A stretch of DNA of 64,000 bases, from the IMG/VR virus record IMGVR_UViG_3300032321_000388, positions 1-64,000 of that record. One strand, given 5' to 3'. The DNA is from a virus (lineage: Duplodnaviria > Caudoviricetes). This document shows, piece after piece, positions 46,416 through 56,022 of the stretch. The stretch's first letter is position 1; each line of letters starts with the position of its first letter. The notes under the pieces are model-generated. The model was not told the origin of the DNA. It searched no databases and worked only from the letters and a program-made list of their open reading frames with translations. The translations under genes and the position numbers were made by a program.

Positions 46416-46700
46416 ATGTTAGACTTTAAGTTAACCGATGTACAAGAAACTTTCAAAAAGAAACTACATGAGACTGATCTTACTGTAGTATTTACCAAAA
46501 AAGATGGCACACAACGCGAAATGCTTTGTACCTTATCTGAAGCAAAAATCCCAGAAGACAAAAGACCAAAACATGTTGAACCTGAAGAAGGTAAAAAACC
46601 ACGTGTTTTAAGTAATGATGTTGCTCGAGTATTTGATCTTGAAAAACTTGAGTGGAGATCATTCCGTTGGGATTCAATCATTAAAGTAGAAGGACTATAA
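46416..46700 (+). CDS. WYL_2/SH3-like conserved phage protein
   Basis: VVFTKKDGTQREMLCTL...VFDLEKLEWRSFR. Confidence 0.7.
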   Translation: MLDFKLTDVQETFKKKLHETDLTVVFTKKDGTQREMLCTLSEAKIPEDKRPKHVEPEEGKKPRVLSNDVARVFDLEKLEWRSFRWDSIIKVEGL

Positions 46701-46701
46701 A

Positions 46702-46965
46702 ATGCAATTATTAGAAGAAGACAAAAAACAAATTCGAGGTGCTGTTCAAGAAGCAAGCGATTCAATGCTTCGAATTGATGCTGAAAAAGATCTTATTAAA
46801 GAGATCGTTGATAATCTTTATGAGACATATCAAATCCCTAAGAGAACTATCAGCAAGATCATTAAGGTCTATCATAAACAGAACTTTGATCAAGAGGTTG
46901 CTTTAAATGAAGAGTTTGAAGATCTATACCAAACTGTAACAACTAATGAGAACTCTGCTTCTTAA
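46702..46965 (+). CDS. dsbA: T4 DsbA-like double-stranded DNA-binding protein
   Basis: EASDS..RI.AE...IKEI, K.YHKQNF, LY; lies near rnh, gene 33 and gene 59. Confidence 0.75.
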   Translation: MQLLEEDKKQIRGAVQEASDSMLRIDAEKDLIKEIVDNLYETYQIPKRTISKIIKVYHKQNFDQEVALNEEFEDLYQTVTTNENSAS

Positions 46966-46971
46966 AGTTAG

Positions 46972-47000
46972 TTTACTTTAATTTGAATATATGTTATAAT
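46972..47000 (+). promoter_or_regulatory. early/middle promoter
   Basis: TTTACT-N17-TATAAT. Confidence 0.8.
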
Positions 47001-47029
47001 GACTATGTCAAATTAAATTTGAGGAAATC

Positions 47030-48172
47030 ATGGCAACTAAAAAACCTAAAGTTACAGAATCATGGAAAGCTCAAGCTATTGCTAAAGGCAAAGGCGATGG
47101 AGCTCCAGTAGTTACAGAAGAAAATTATAAATCAACCTTAATGGCAGCTCTTGGCTACTATAATACAAATGCTGAAAATACTACTAGAGCAAATGCAGTT
47201 AGAAACTACATTAAAAAGATGTCTAAGGATCCTTTAGCACATACCTTTGAAGATGTATCTTTTGAAGATTTACTTCCAGTATTTGTTAATAATGTACCTG
47301 ATTATGAATTACTTTCAATGGGTTCATTAGTAATGATTCTTAATAATGGTGGATTCTTATCTGCTATTCATCAGTCAGAAATGATGCAAAAGATGATTAA
47401 GATCTATCATACATATAATACAGGTACTATTGAAGAAGATAAACCAAAGGCTCCAGTGATTTCAATCGAACAGCGTATTATTGAAACTGCAAGAACAAAT
47501 TCAGAAGAAATTGATTATGCTATCGACAAGTTTGTCAAGACAAAATCATCTGACTTTAATATCAAGGCTCATCTATTAAGTAATAACATTGCTGGTGCGG
47601 TTGCTAAACGAATTGGTGAATACTATAAGAATACTCTAGATGAGGTTGAAGAAGCTATCAAAGGCGAAGACGAGCAACTTGTTGAGGGTTACAGTTACTT
47701 CACAAAGACAGAGCTTAAAAAGTTCAGAGACTTTATTCAAGGTATTATTGATGGATGTGCTCAACATCAGGTTACTGCAAAAAAACCTAGAATTGTTAAG
47801 GCAAAACCACCTGCAATTATTGTTAAGAAACTTAAGTACATGAGAGAACTTATAGAAATTAATCTTAAATCTATTGATCCAGCAAATATTGTTGGAGCAG
47901 ATCAGTTATGGGTTTATAATACAAAGAATCGTAAACTGATTAACTATACATCAGCAGATGGAGAAACATTATCAGTCAAAGGTACTACAATTATTAATTA
48001 TGATATTGGTAGATCTGATTCTAAGACTCTTCGTAAACCAGAAGAATTCTTTAAGACAACTGAGATTGGCAAACGAGCATTAAACTCTGCTATTAAAGAA
48101 ATCAAGGCAAAATCTGCCCAACCTAATGGCAGAATTAATGGTGATATGATTTTAATAGGAGCATTTAAATGA
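47030..48172 (+). CDS. conserved T4-like phage hypothetical protein
   Basis: LWVYNTKNRKL, VKGTTI, KTLRKPEE, PNGRIN. Confidence 0.75.
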   Translation: MATKKPKVTESWKAQAIAKGKGDGAPVVTEENYKSTLMAALGYYNTNAENTTRANAVRNYIKKMSKDPLAHTFEDVSFEDLLPVFVNNVPDYELLSMGSLVMILNNGGFLSAIHQSEMMQKMIKIYHTYNTGTIEEDKPKAPVISIEQRIIETARTNSEEIDYAIDKFVKTKSSDFNIKAHLLSNNIAGAVAKRIGEYYKNTLDEVEEAIKGEDEQLVEGYSYFTKTELKKFRDFIQGIIDGCAQHQVTAKKPRIVKAKPPAIIVKKLKYMRELIEINLKSIDPANIVGADQLWVYNTKNRKLINYTSADGETLSVKGTTIINYDIGRSDSKTLRKPEEFFKTTEIGKRALNSAIKEIKAKSAQPNGRINGDMILIGAFK

Positions 48173-48384
48173 AAATAGTATTATTTACACTTGCAAATAC
48201 TACAACGGCATCTGATAAGATAGCTATTAATTCAGATAAGATTATATCAATATTTGAATCACTTGATCCAGATGATAAAAAGAAAAAGAAATTACAAACT
48301 GCAATTTATGCAGGACAAGATTTAACATGGATAGTTAAAGAACCTATTGAAGAGGTAATTAAAAAATTAAATGATAATTCTTGA
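48169..48384 (+). CDS. small hypothetical protein (FlbD-like pattern)
   Basis: IN.D.I.SI...VKE.IEEV. Confidence 0.5.
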   Translation: MKIVLFTLANTTTASDKIAINSDKIISIFESLDPDDKKKKKLQTAIYAGQDLTWIVKEPIEEVIKKLNDNS

Positions 48385-49267
48385 TTATAGTCAGATTGCT
48401 TTAAGTAACATTATGCCATTTCAAGATGATCTGAAGAAATCATCTGAATCTGAGGTAAAGAACTTAATTAGACATACAACATTAGCTACTATTAAATCAT
48501 ATGCTAAAAAATATGGTAAAGAATATGGTCAAGTAGTTATTGCATGTGACGGTCAAAACTACTGGCGAAGAACAGTATTCCCACATTATAAAGCCATGCG
48601 TAAAGTTAATCGTGAGAAGTCTGATCTTAATTGGACTTTAATATTTGATACTCTATCAGAATTAAGACAAGATCTGATTGAAAATTTTCCTTATAAAGTT
48701 CTTAATATTGATACCGCAGAAGCTGATGATATTATAGCATGTTTGACTAATTGGTCTCAGACTAATATGTTAGTCCAAGAAGGATTATTTCAATCACCAC
48801 AGAAGATCCTGATTGTCTCATCTGATAAAGACTTTATTCAACTACAACGAAACGATAATGTTCGTCAGTGGTCACCAATACAAAAGAAATTTGTTGAAGC
48901 TAATAAAAAAGAAGTTCATGAGTATACCATTACTCATATCGTCAAAGGAGATTCTGGAGACGGTATTCCAAATATTCTATCAAGTGATGATGTATTTGTC
49001 AGTGGAGAGCGTCAAAAACCGTTCTCATCTAAACGTCTACCTGAATTCTTTGAAAAAGGAATCGAAGCTTGTAAGAACGATAGCGAAAAAAGAAACTATC
49101 AGAGAAATCAGGAACTAGTTAATTTTGATTCTATTCCTGAAAGTTTATATAAAATGATTATATATACTTATGAGAATACTAAACCTAAGGGTGATAAAAA
49201 TTCTATTATGAACTATTTGATTAAAAACCAATGTCGATTATTACTCGACGAAATTGAGGACTTTTAA
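48371..49267 (+). CDS. rnh: T4 RNase H (5'-3' exonuclease)
   Basis: IACD..NYWR...YK..R, EADDII, SSDKDFIQL, GDSGDGIPN. Confidence 0.95.
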   Translation: MIILDYSQIALSNIMPFQDDLKKSSESEVKNLIRHTTLATIKSYAKKYGKEYGQVVIACDGQNYWRRTVFPHYKAMRKVNREKSDLNWTLIFDTLSELRQDLIENFPYKVLNIDTAEADDIIACLTNWSQTNMLVQEGLFQSPQKILIVSSDKDFIQLQRNDNVRQWSPIQKKFVEANKKEVHEYTITHIVKGDSGDGIPNILSSDDVFVSGERQKPFSSKRLPEFFEKGIEACKNDSEKRNYQRNQELVNFDSIPESLYKMIIYTYENTKPKGDKNSIMNYLIKNQCRLLLDEIEDF

Positions 49268-49268
49268 A

Positions 49269-49688
49269 ATGGCAGTCAGATTTTTACCAGAAATGCTTGA
49301 CGAGATCAATGCAGAACCAAAACTATTAGAAACTAAGTATAGAGGAAACTCTGCTCTTAAGATTGTATTTGAATATGCATTCTTACCTGAGAAGAAATTT
49401 CTTCTTCCTGAAGACGAGCCTCCATATAGACCAGATGCTGCTCCTATTGGTATGAATCCAGCTATCCTTACACAGGAACTTAGACGATTCTATGTATTTC
49501 TGCGCAAGGACTTAAAACCTATTAAGCGTGAGGCTTTATTCATATCATTATTAGAGTCAGTCCATCCTTCAGAGGCTAAACTTATTATAGCAATCAAGGA
49601 TCAAAAGCTTAATAAGATGTATAAAAAGATCACTCGTAAATTAGTAGAATCAGCCGGTTTCATTGTACCGGAAGCACAAGGTAACTAG
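49269..49688 (+). CDS. conserved phage protein (DUF6433-like)
   Basis: LPE..PPY, KREALFI.LLESVHPSEA. Confidence 0.7.
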   Translation: MAVRFLPEMLDEINAEPKLLETKYRGNSALKIVFEYAFLPEKKFLLPEDEPPYRPDAAPIGMNPAILTQELRRFYVFLRKDLKPIKREALFISLLESVHPSEAKLIIAIKDQKLNKMYKKITRKLVESAGFIVPEAQGN

Positions 49689-49769
49689 TTTAGATAAATA
49701 TAATAGGAAACTATATGTTTCTTTGATTGTGAATCCTGGTGCACTAGGTTAAATATCATTTGCTATACG

Positions 49770-49782
49770 AATCAACAACTTA
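49770..49782 (+). promoter_or_regulatory. IHF consensus site
   Basis: AATCAACAACTTA matches WATCAAN4TTR, 8 bp upstream of a -35 box. Confidence 0.5.
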
Positions 49783-49790
49783 TAAAGTCG

Positions 49791-49819
49791 TTTACTTTAA
49801 TTGGAGATTGTTGTACAAT
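49791..49819 (+). promoter_or_regulatory. early/middle promoter
   Basis: TTTACT-N17-TACAAT. Confidence 0.7.
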
Positions 49820-49825
49820 ACTAGT

Positions 49826-50353
49826 ATGATTAGGCAAATTCTACTTTACGAATCTGATACTATATCGGTATACTGCTCACCAGCAGTATCTGAATCTTCC
49901 AATAGAGCATTGAGAACCTACGTAAAAGCGGCCATAGCAGCAGAAAAGACTCTAATCAAGGATATAAAAAAGAAATATCCAAAAACAACAAAGAACATCA
50001 AATTCAACTTTCACTATAAGAACTATAAAGCTGAAGATATGTTAGGTAGCTGTGATGTTGAAACTGATGATGATATTCGTATTGACTTAAATGCCAAGAT
50101 GATAGGAAGCAGTATATGTAAGACTATAGCTCACGAGCTAGTCCATGCCAGGCAATTTATATCTGGTCAATTAAAATATAATGTTCGTACTAAGTATTTT
50201 AGTTGGGAAGGCGATAAGCATAGATACATATATAGAAAACAACCATGGGAATTAGAAGCCTATAAGCTTCAAGAACGTGGTAATTTGAAAATGAAAAGGT
50301 GGTTATTAGATCATGTACATTATCAACCGACACTCAAAACACGGGACCTATAA
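49826..50353 (+). CDS. HExxH metallopeptidase-like protein
   Basis: IAHELVHARQ and QPWELEA. Confidence 0.7.
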   Translation: MIRQILLYESDTISVYCSPAVSESSNRALRTYVKAAIAAEKTLIKDIKKKYPKTTKNIKFNFHYKNYKAEDMLGSCDVETDDDIRIDLNAKMIGSSICKTIAHELVHARQFISGQLKYNVRTKYFSWEGDKHRYIYRKQPWELEAYKLQERGNLKMKRWLLDHVHYQPTLKTRDL

Positions 50354-50400
50354 AGCAAGAGTCCTGCAAGTAACACTACTCCAAGACTGGAAGTTCTAAA

Positions 50401-50970
50401 ATGAACATATTCTATCTAGACAATAATCCAGATACGTGTGCACAAATGCATGTTGATAAACATTGCGTCAAGATGATTCTTGAAACTTGCCAATTACTTT
50501 CAACAGCTCATAGGATATTGGATGGTATTCAAATAGAAGGTAAAACAAAAACTGGTCGCAGTATTAAACGATGGCAGTTGGCGGATGATCGAGATACTGT
50601 AATATATACAGCAACTCATACTAATCATCCATCAGCTATATGGGCTAGACAGAATAAAATGAATTATTATTGGTTATCTCTATTACTAAAATCTCTTTGT
50701 AAAGAATATACATATCGATATGGCAAGGTTCACAAATGTGAACAGATTGGTTTAGTTGAGAAGTTATCATATTTTCCAAATAATATACCAAATGGAGAAT
50801 TTACTGAGCCAACTCCAGCCATGCCTGATCAATATAAAATACCAGGAAACTCAATTCAGTCATATCATAATTACTATAATGGTGAAAAGCAAAGAATGTT
50901 TAATTGGAAGCAAAGACCAGTTCCAAACTTTATAAATAAAACTATAAAGGAAAATTATGCCAACATATGA
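50401..50970 (+). CDS. pyrimidine-dimer DNA glycosylase-like protein (DenV family)
   Basis: MNIFYLD, DKHCVKMILE.CQLLSTAH, H.NHPS, EYTYRYGKVH. Confidence 0.75.
   Translation: MNIFYLDNNPDTCAQMHVDKHCVKMILETCQLLSTAHRILDGIQIEGKTKTGRSIKRWQLADDRDTVIYTATHTNHPSAIWARQNKMNYYWLSLLLKSLCKEYTYRYGKVHKCEQIGLVEKLSYFPNNIPNGEFTEPTPAMPDQYKIPGNSIQSYHNYYNGEKQRMFNWKQRPVPNFINKTIKENYANI
50931..50938 (+). promoter_or_regulatory. T4-type late promoter
   Basis: TATAAATA. Confidence 0.55.
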
Positions 50971-51205
50971 TTTTAGAAACAAAGATACTGGTGAGGTATT
51001 TGAGAGAGTTATGAGTATCGCTGCAAAAGCAGAGTTTCTTGAAGCTAACCCAAATCTTGAACCATTAATCACAGGTCTTAACCCATTAATCGATCCAGTC
51101 AGATTAGGTATCCATAAAGCTGATGGTGGATTTAAAGAAGTATTACAGCGAATCCATGAAAAAACTCCTGGAAGCACGTTAAATAAAACTAGTAAATATA
51201 TCTAA
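50957..51205 (+). CDS. FmdB-like small protein
   Basis: MPTYDF...TGEVFE, FKEVLQRI. Confidence 0.65.
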   Translation: MPTYDFRNKDTGEVFERVMSIAAKAEFLEANPNLEPLITGLNPLIDPVRLGIHKADGGFKEVLQRIHEKTPGSTLNKTSKYI

Positions 51206-51213
51206 GGATCTAT

Positions 51214-51975
51214 ATGGCCCGAAATAAACGGGATAATAGCATTGTGGAGGCTGCGCAAGTTGAACACCCACAGCAACATATTAGTAATGGTTTAAGAATT
51301 AAACAAGAACAGTTAAAAAGGTTTGATCCATTAACTGAAAATCAAAAGAAGTTCTTTGATGCCTATAAGATAGGAGACTATTTTATAGCACTACATGGAG
51401 TAGCTGGAACTGGTAAAACATTCTGTGCTCTCTATAAAGCTATTGAAGAGGTATTAGACAAATCTAATCCATTCAATAAGATCATTGTCGTCAGATCAGC
51501 AGTACAATCTCGCGACATGGGCCATCTTCCCGGTGACGTATCAGAGAAGATGGAAATATATGAACAGCCATACCGTCAGATCTGTGATACCTTATTTGGT
51601 AGAAGAGATGCATGGGATCGGCTTGAGGAACAAGGATACGTTAAGTTTATATCGACTTCGTTTATTCGAGGTATGTCTTTCGACGACGCTATTATTATTG
51701 TTGACGAAATGCAGAACATGACTTATGAGGAAATCGACACAGTTATGACTCGTGTTGGTTATCGTTCTAAGATCATTTGGTGCGGCGATTATCGCCAAAC
51801 CGACTTAAATAAAAAGAAAAATGACGTTACTGGTATATTGAAATTTTTCGATATTGCTCAGCATATGAGTTCTTTTACTCGTATTGAGTTTACAGTTGAC
51901 GACATCGTTCGATCTAGTCTTGTTAAGGATTATATTCTTGCCAAGATCAGGTATGAAGACGCTATAGAAAAATAA
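51214..51975 (+). CDS. phoH: PhoH-family ATPase
   Basis: GVAGTGKT, GHLPG, FIRGMSF, VDEMQN, GD..Q.DL, DIVRS. Confidence 0.95.
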   Translation: MARNKRDNSIVEAAQVEHPQQHISNGLRIKQEQLKRFDPLTENQKKFFDAYKIGDYFIALHGVAGTGKTFCALYKAIEEVLDKSNPFNKIIVVRSAVQSRDMGHLPGDVSEKMEIYEQPYRQICDTLFGRRDAWDRLEEQGYVKFISTSFIRGMSFDDAIIIVDEMQNMTYEEIDTVMTRVGYRSKIIWCGDYRQTDLNKKKNDVTGILKFFDIAQHMSSFTRIEFTVDDIVRSSLVKDYILAKIRYEDAIEK

Positions 51976-51991
51976 AACTAAGGAGAACTAT

Positions 51992-52135
51992 ATGTTAACA
52001 AATGTTATTGTATTTTTAGTAGGCGCACATTTAGGCGCTAAATATCCACAAAAAGCAACATTGATTGTTGATACTGCTGCAGCTTTTGCTAAGTCAGTAT
52101 GGGCTAAAGTTGCTGGATTGGTAGCTAAAAAATAA
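51992..52135 (+). CDS. 47-aa hydrophobic peptide (holin/antiholin candidate; missing from the ORF track)
   Basis: AAGGAG SD; MLTNVIVFLVGAHLGAKYP...LVAKK; TAATG-coupled to the endolysin. Confidence 0.6.
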   Translation: MLTNVIVFLVGAHLGAKYPQKATLIVDTAAAFAKSVWAKVAGLVAKK

Positions 52136-52776
52136 TGGCTTTCGATTTCGATTTCACTGAGCAAAAACTAGGCCAAATACTTACTCGTAATAAGAATGTC
52201 CATGAGTGGTATGAAGCAATGGTTGTACAGTTACCTCAATTTGAAGTAACTTCTGCAAAACGCGTTGCTGCTTTTGTGGCCCAGTGCGCTCATGAATCAG
52301 CGGACTTTACAGTCTTATCTGAAAACTTAAACTACTCAGCAGATGCATTGAACAAACTATTTAGTAAGTACTTTGCTTCAGCTGGCAGAGATGCTGCTCC
52401 ATATCATCGTAAACCTGAAATGATTGCTAATGTAATATATGCCAATCGTATGGGTAACGGAGATACTGCAAGTGGTGAAGGTTATAAATTCAGAGGACGT
52501 GGTCCAATTCAATTGACAGGTAAGAGTAATTATCAAAAATTTGCTTCTGACTTCTTTGAAGATCCAGAAACAGTTATTGATGATCCTGACCTCGTTACAG
52601 ATGACGTGCCAACATCGCTTTATTCAGCACTATGGTTTTGGAATAAAAACAACCTAAACAAATTTGCTGATGTAAGTGATATTAAAGGGATGACAAAGGT
52701 TATTAATGGAGGATATATTGGTTTAGAAGACCGTATCAAACATTATGATCATGCAATTGAAATCCTTACTGCCTAA
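52135..52776 (+). CDS. GH19 endolysin
   Basis: AQCAHES, ENLNYS, YANRMGNG, FRGRGPIQLTG, INGG..GLEDR. Confidence 0.92.
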   Translation: MAFDFDFTEQKLGQILTRNKNVHEWYEAMVVQLPQFEVTSAKRVAAFVAQCAHESADFTVLSENLNYSADALNKLFSKYFASAGRDAAPYHRKPEMIANVIYANRMGNGDTASGEGYKFRGRGPIQLTGKSNYQKFASDFFEDPETVIDDPDLVTDDVPTSLYSALWFWNKNNLNKFADVSDIKGMTKVINGGYIGLEDRIKHYDHAIEILTA

Positions 52777-52780
52777 TAAT

Positions 52781-52809
52781 TATACTTTAATTAAGTTTTA
52801 GAGTATAAT
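52781..52809 (+). promoter_or_regulatory. early/middle promoter-like site
   Basis: TATACT-N17-TATAAT; the -10 lies very close to the next ATG. Confidence 0.5.
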
Positions 52810-52811
52810 AT

Positions 52812-53315
52812 ATGAAATGCGCAGTGTTATGTAATGGTCCCAGTCGGTCAACCTATAATCCAAAAACAGAATATGCATACCGCATAGGATGTAATATTCC
52901 GTGGACTAAGGTTGACTGCACTGTGATACTAGATCCGCAGTTAGTTAAAGTATTAGTAAATAACAAAAGTCTTATAGATTGTGCCGTATACTTTAGTCAA
53001 GCCGCTTGGGATTATGTTGAAGAAGTTGAAGCAGTATTATTGTTTAATAGTTTAGGCATCATAGAAAAGACTCGAAAAGGTTTATCAAGTGGTAACCTAG
53101 CATGTATTAAAGCAGTAGAGCTTGGTTATACCGACATAGATATATATGGAGCTGATGCAATGACTACAAATGATATACGCAGTAATAATGTTAGTAAGAG
53201 TTATACAAGAAACTTTTTAGATTCAGATAGTATGAATATGTCGCCAGACTGGAGACATAATTTTAATAGGATGATTGAAAGTCATCCAGAAGTTAATTTT
53301 AATTTTATAAAATAA
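52812..53315 (+). CDS. MptE/GT-like Rossmann-fold protein
   Basis: CNGPS, IGCN, SSGNLA...LGY..I.IYGAD. Confidence 0.5.
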   Translation: MKCAVLCNGPSRSTYNPKTEYAYRIGCNIPWTKVDCTVILDPQLVKVLVNNKSLIDCAVYFSQAAWDYVEEVEAVLLFNSLGIIEKTRKGLSSGNLACIKAVELGYTDIDIYGADAMTTNDIRSNNVSKSYTRNFLDSDSMNMSPDWRHNFNRMIESHPEVNFNFIK

Positions 53316-53343
53316 AAATATGGATAAAAGGAGTCAAATAGTT

Positions 53344-53559
53344 ATGAAACAAATGAAAACTGTAATGTATATTACTGTTGCTGCTATTGCTATTGCGATG
53401 TTTGCTGGTGTACTACATGCAGATCCTAAACCAGTAAAGAAAGAACCAGTTAAAGTAACAAAGCAAGTTAAACCTGCATCTAAACCTGCAGCAGAACCAG
53501 TAAAAAAAGAACATAAAAAGAAACCAACCTTAAAGAAAAAGTACGCAGATAAAAAATAA
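53344..53559 (+). CDS. secreted Lys/Pro-rich peptide
   Basis: Signal peptide followed by PVKK repeats. Confidence 0.6.
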   Translation: MKQMKTVMYITVAAIAIAMFAGVLHADPKPVKKEPVKVTKQVKPASKPAAEPVKKEHKKKPTLKKKYADKK

Positions 53560-54210
53560 TTGAAGAACTTTATTTGTCATGATTTTCCAGTTATTGAACG
53601 ATTAGATCTACCAGAAGGAAGACGTTATAAAGTCCCTTCAGGTAAACTATATCCTTCAGTAACTACAGTAACTGGGCATCTAGATAAAGATTGGTATACT
53701 TCTTGGGTAGCCAGAGTTGGCGAAGAAGAAGCAGCCAGAATATCTAAGAAGGCTACAGATAGAGGTACCCGTATCCATGCTCTATGTGAGGATCAGTTAT
53801 TAGGTAAGAATCCTATGCCTGAATTAGTTGATATGGATATGTGGTCTGATCTCAAACCAGTTATTGATAAGATAGACAATATACATGCTCTAGAGAGCAA
53901 GTTATATTCCGATAAACTAGAAGTTGCGGGTACAGTAGACTGTATTGCTGAATTTGATGGAAGACTGTCGGTCATCGATTTTAAGACCTCCAAGAATCCA
54001 AAAGATATAAATAATATAGAACATTATTTTATACAAGCGACTGCATATTCGGTTATGTTTCAGGAGTTATACGATATAGCAATTCCTGATATAACTATAA
54101 TAATAGGAGTAGACCATGACAAACCACAAATTTTCCACCAGAAGCGTAAGGGCTTCATTCAGCAATTAATTGACCTTCGTCAATCTTTTAAAAAAATATA
54201 TTTACTTTAA
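53560..54210 (+). CDS. Cas4-like PD-(D/E)xK exonuclease
   Basis: YPSVTT, RGTRIH, AGTVDCI, IDFKTS, Q..AY. Confidence 0.88.
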   Translation: MKNFICHDFPVIERLDLPEGRRYKVPSGKLYPSVTTVTGHLDKDWYTSWVARVGEEEAARISKKATDRGTRIHALCEDQLLGKNPMPELVDMDMWSDLKPVIDKIDNIHALESKLYSDKLEVAGTVDCIAEFDGRLSVIDFKTSKNPKDINNIEHYFIQATAYSVMFQELYDIAIPDITIIIGVDHDKPQIFHQKRKGFIQQLIDLRQSFKKIYLL

Positions 54211-54229
54211 TTAAAAACTAGAGTATAAT
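54201..54229 (+). promoter_or_regulatory. early/middle promoter
   Basis: TTTACT-N17-TATAAT. Confidence 0.75.
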
Positions 54230-54279
54230 AATACTAAGCGCATAAAAAGCTAAGTACCAATCGCAAGGAGTATATCCCC

Positions 54280-54798
54280 ATGAGAAAGACTTTCGCCGCA
54301 ATATTGGCTATATGTTACCTGTGCAGTTTTAACATTGCACACACAGAAACGTTATATAACAAAATTAAAGTTCTGACTAAGTCAGAAAAAAAACAAGTAG
54401 AATGTCTAGCACAGAACGTGTACTATGAGGCAGGATATGAACCTACAAAGGGTCAGATTGCTGTAGCACTAGTAACTCTTAATAGAGTCTATTCGGGATT
54501 ATATCCTAAGTCTATATGCGGTACCATGGCTCAAAAAGTAGAAGAGACATGCCAATTTAGTTGGTATTGTGATGACTACAAAAGAACAAAAGCTGTTGCT
54601 TATAGATATACTAAGCATGAGAAAGAAGTATTTGAACATGCCCGATCTGTAGCTACGTATACATACATGAACTATAAGAACATGCAAGACGTTACAAAAG
54701 GGGCTTTATTCTTTCATACAAAAGATGTAAATCCTAGATGGCAAAATGTTCGCGTAACAACAAGAATTGGAAATCATATTTTTTACAGAAAGGCTTAA
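54280..54798 (+). CDS. SleB-like cell wall hydrolase
   Basis: CLAQNVYYEA, VTLNRV, CQFSW, GALFFH, IGNHIFY. Confidence 0.9.
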   Translation: MRKTFAAILAICYLCSFNIAHTETLYNKIKVLTKSEKKQVECLAQNVYYEAGYEPTKGQIAVALVTLNRVYSGLYPKSICGTMAQKVEETCQFSWYCDDYKRTKAVAYRYTKHEKEVFEHARSVATYTYMNYKNMQDVTKGALFFHTKDVNPRWQNVRVTTRIGNHIFYRKA

Positions 54799-54800
54799 AC

Positions 54801-55475
54801 GTGGCAAAACCTGAAAATGAAACGTCAAGTATTCTTGGCAGTTTACTAAACAATGTTTATATCAATACAATAGAATCAACAATAAGAACACACGAAGTCT
54901 TTTTAGATAGCGAAATAGAAGAACCTGGTAGATATAGAGATTTAATATCATTATTAAATAATGCCAGTGAATCTGACAAGATCCATTTATTCATTAATTG
55001 TAATGGAGGCAACTTAGATTCTTCTGGTGCAATTATATCAGGTATCCTATCATCTCGCGCTGAGGTTACAGCATTCCTTATGGGAGCTTGTCATTCAGCT
55101 GCGTCTCTAATTACTATGTATTGTCATGCTGTTCATGTGTATGACACCGCATACATGATGATCCATACAGCATCATTTGGTTCTTCAGGAAATACTCCAA
55201 CAGTTAAGGCTCATACAGACTTTACAGTAAAACAATGTGAGAAACTAATGATTGATGCGTATGAAGGTTTCCTGACAAAATCTGAGATGGATAAGGTTCT
55301 TAATGGTATTGAATTATGGTTTAATTCTGATGAGATCAAACCTAGACTTAAGAAAAGATTTGAGGCTGTAGAACTTCAAACTAGGAAAGAAGCTGAAAAG
55401 AATAATGAGATCACTGAACCAAAGCCAAAGAAAGTCAAAACAAAGCTTAAAATAGATGATGGGGCTATTGAATAA
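54801..55475 (+). CDS. ClpP-like serine protease
   Basis: IN.NGG, ACHSAAS, MIH, ELWF. Confidence 0.75.
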   Translation: MAKPENETSSILGSLLNNVYINTIESTIRTHEVFLDSEIEEPGRYRDLISLLNNASESDKIHLFINCNGGNLDSSGAIISGILSSRAEVTAFLMGACHSAASLITMYCHAVHVYDTAYMMIHTASFGSSGNTPTVKAHTDFTVKQCEKLMIDAYEGFLTKSEMDKVLNGIELWFNSDEIKPRLKKRFEAVELQTRKEAEKNNEITEPKPKKVKTKLKIDDGAIE

Positions 55476-55480
55476 AATTG

Positions 55481-55509
55481 TTTACACTTAATGATATTTG
55501 TGATATAAT
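55481..55509 (+). promoter_or_regulatory. early/middle promoter
   Basis: TTTACA-N17-TATAAT. Confidence 0.75.
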
Positions 55510-55531
55510 GTACTTTTAAAATGAGGAAACT

Positions 55532-55795
55532 GTGATGAATATAACTCAGCATATTAATTTTACCTACCAAACTAATAATAGACCTGAGCTTGAAAAGCTA
55601 AAGGAATCTTTATTAAACACTAAAAAAGAGTATGATGTATTCTTTGAAGAATATCTAGAAGTGTTTGATGACAAGATGTCTGCATCAAGTACTCAAAATA
55701 CCCCAGAATGGAAAGCATATAAGGATAAGTATCAAGCTTATACCAAAATTACTGAGAATATCAAGCTGATAGACTACTATCTAGGTAGTATTTAA
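55532..55795 (+). CDS. hypothetical protein
   Basis: GAGG SD; operon with genes 33 and 59. Confidence 0.65.
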   Translation: MMNITQHINFTYQTNNRPELEKLKESLLNTKKEYDVFFEEYLEVFDDKMSASSTQNTPEWKAYKDKYQAYTKITENIKLIDYYLGSI

Positions 55796-56022
55796 TGGAA
55801 GGCAAGATCTTTAAGAATAACAATGAGTTTGCCCTTTACATTGAGAACTTAGTTATAGAAAGAAAGATGACTCATATGGATGCAGTATTACTATATTGCC
55901 AACAGAACTTTATTGATCCAGAAGATATATCAAAACTCATTAATAAGAACCTCAAACAAAAGATCGAGATGAATATGATCGAGCAGAACTATCTTCCTAA
56001 GAAGGGTTCTCTTGATCTATGA
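55795..56022 (+). CDS. 33: late transcription coactivator gp33
   Basis: F...IE..V......MDAVL.YC....IDPE.I.KLI...LK.KI; upstream of genes 59 and 32. Confidence 0.85.
   Translation: MEGKIFKNNNEFALYIENLVIERKMTHMDAVLLYCQQNFIDPEDISKLINKNLKQKIEMNMIEQNYLPKKGSLDL

Noticed and set aside
53560-54210. Cas4-like gene as evidence of a CRISPR system
   Set aside because: No repeat-spacer array or other cas gene is visible; this exonuclease is common in T4-like phages.
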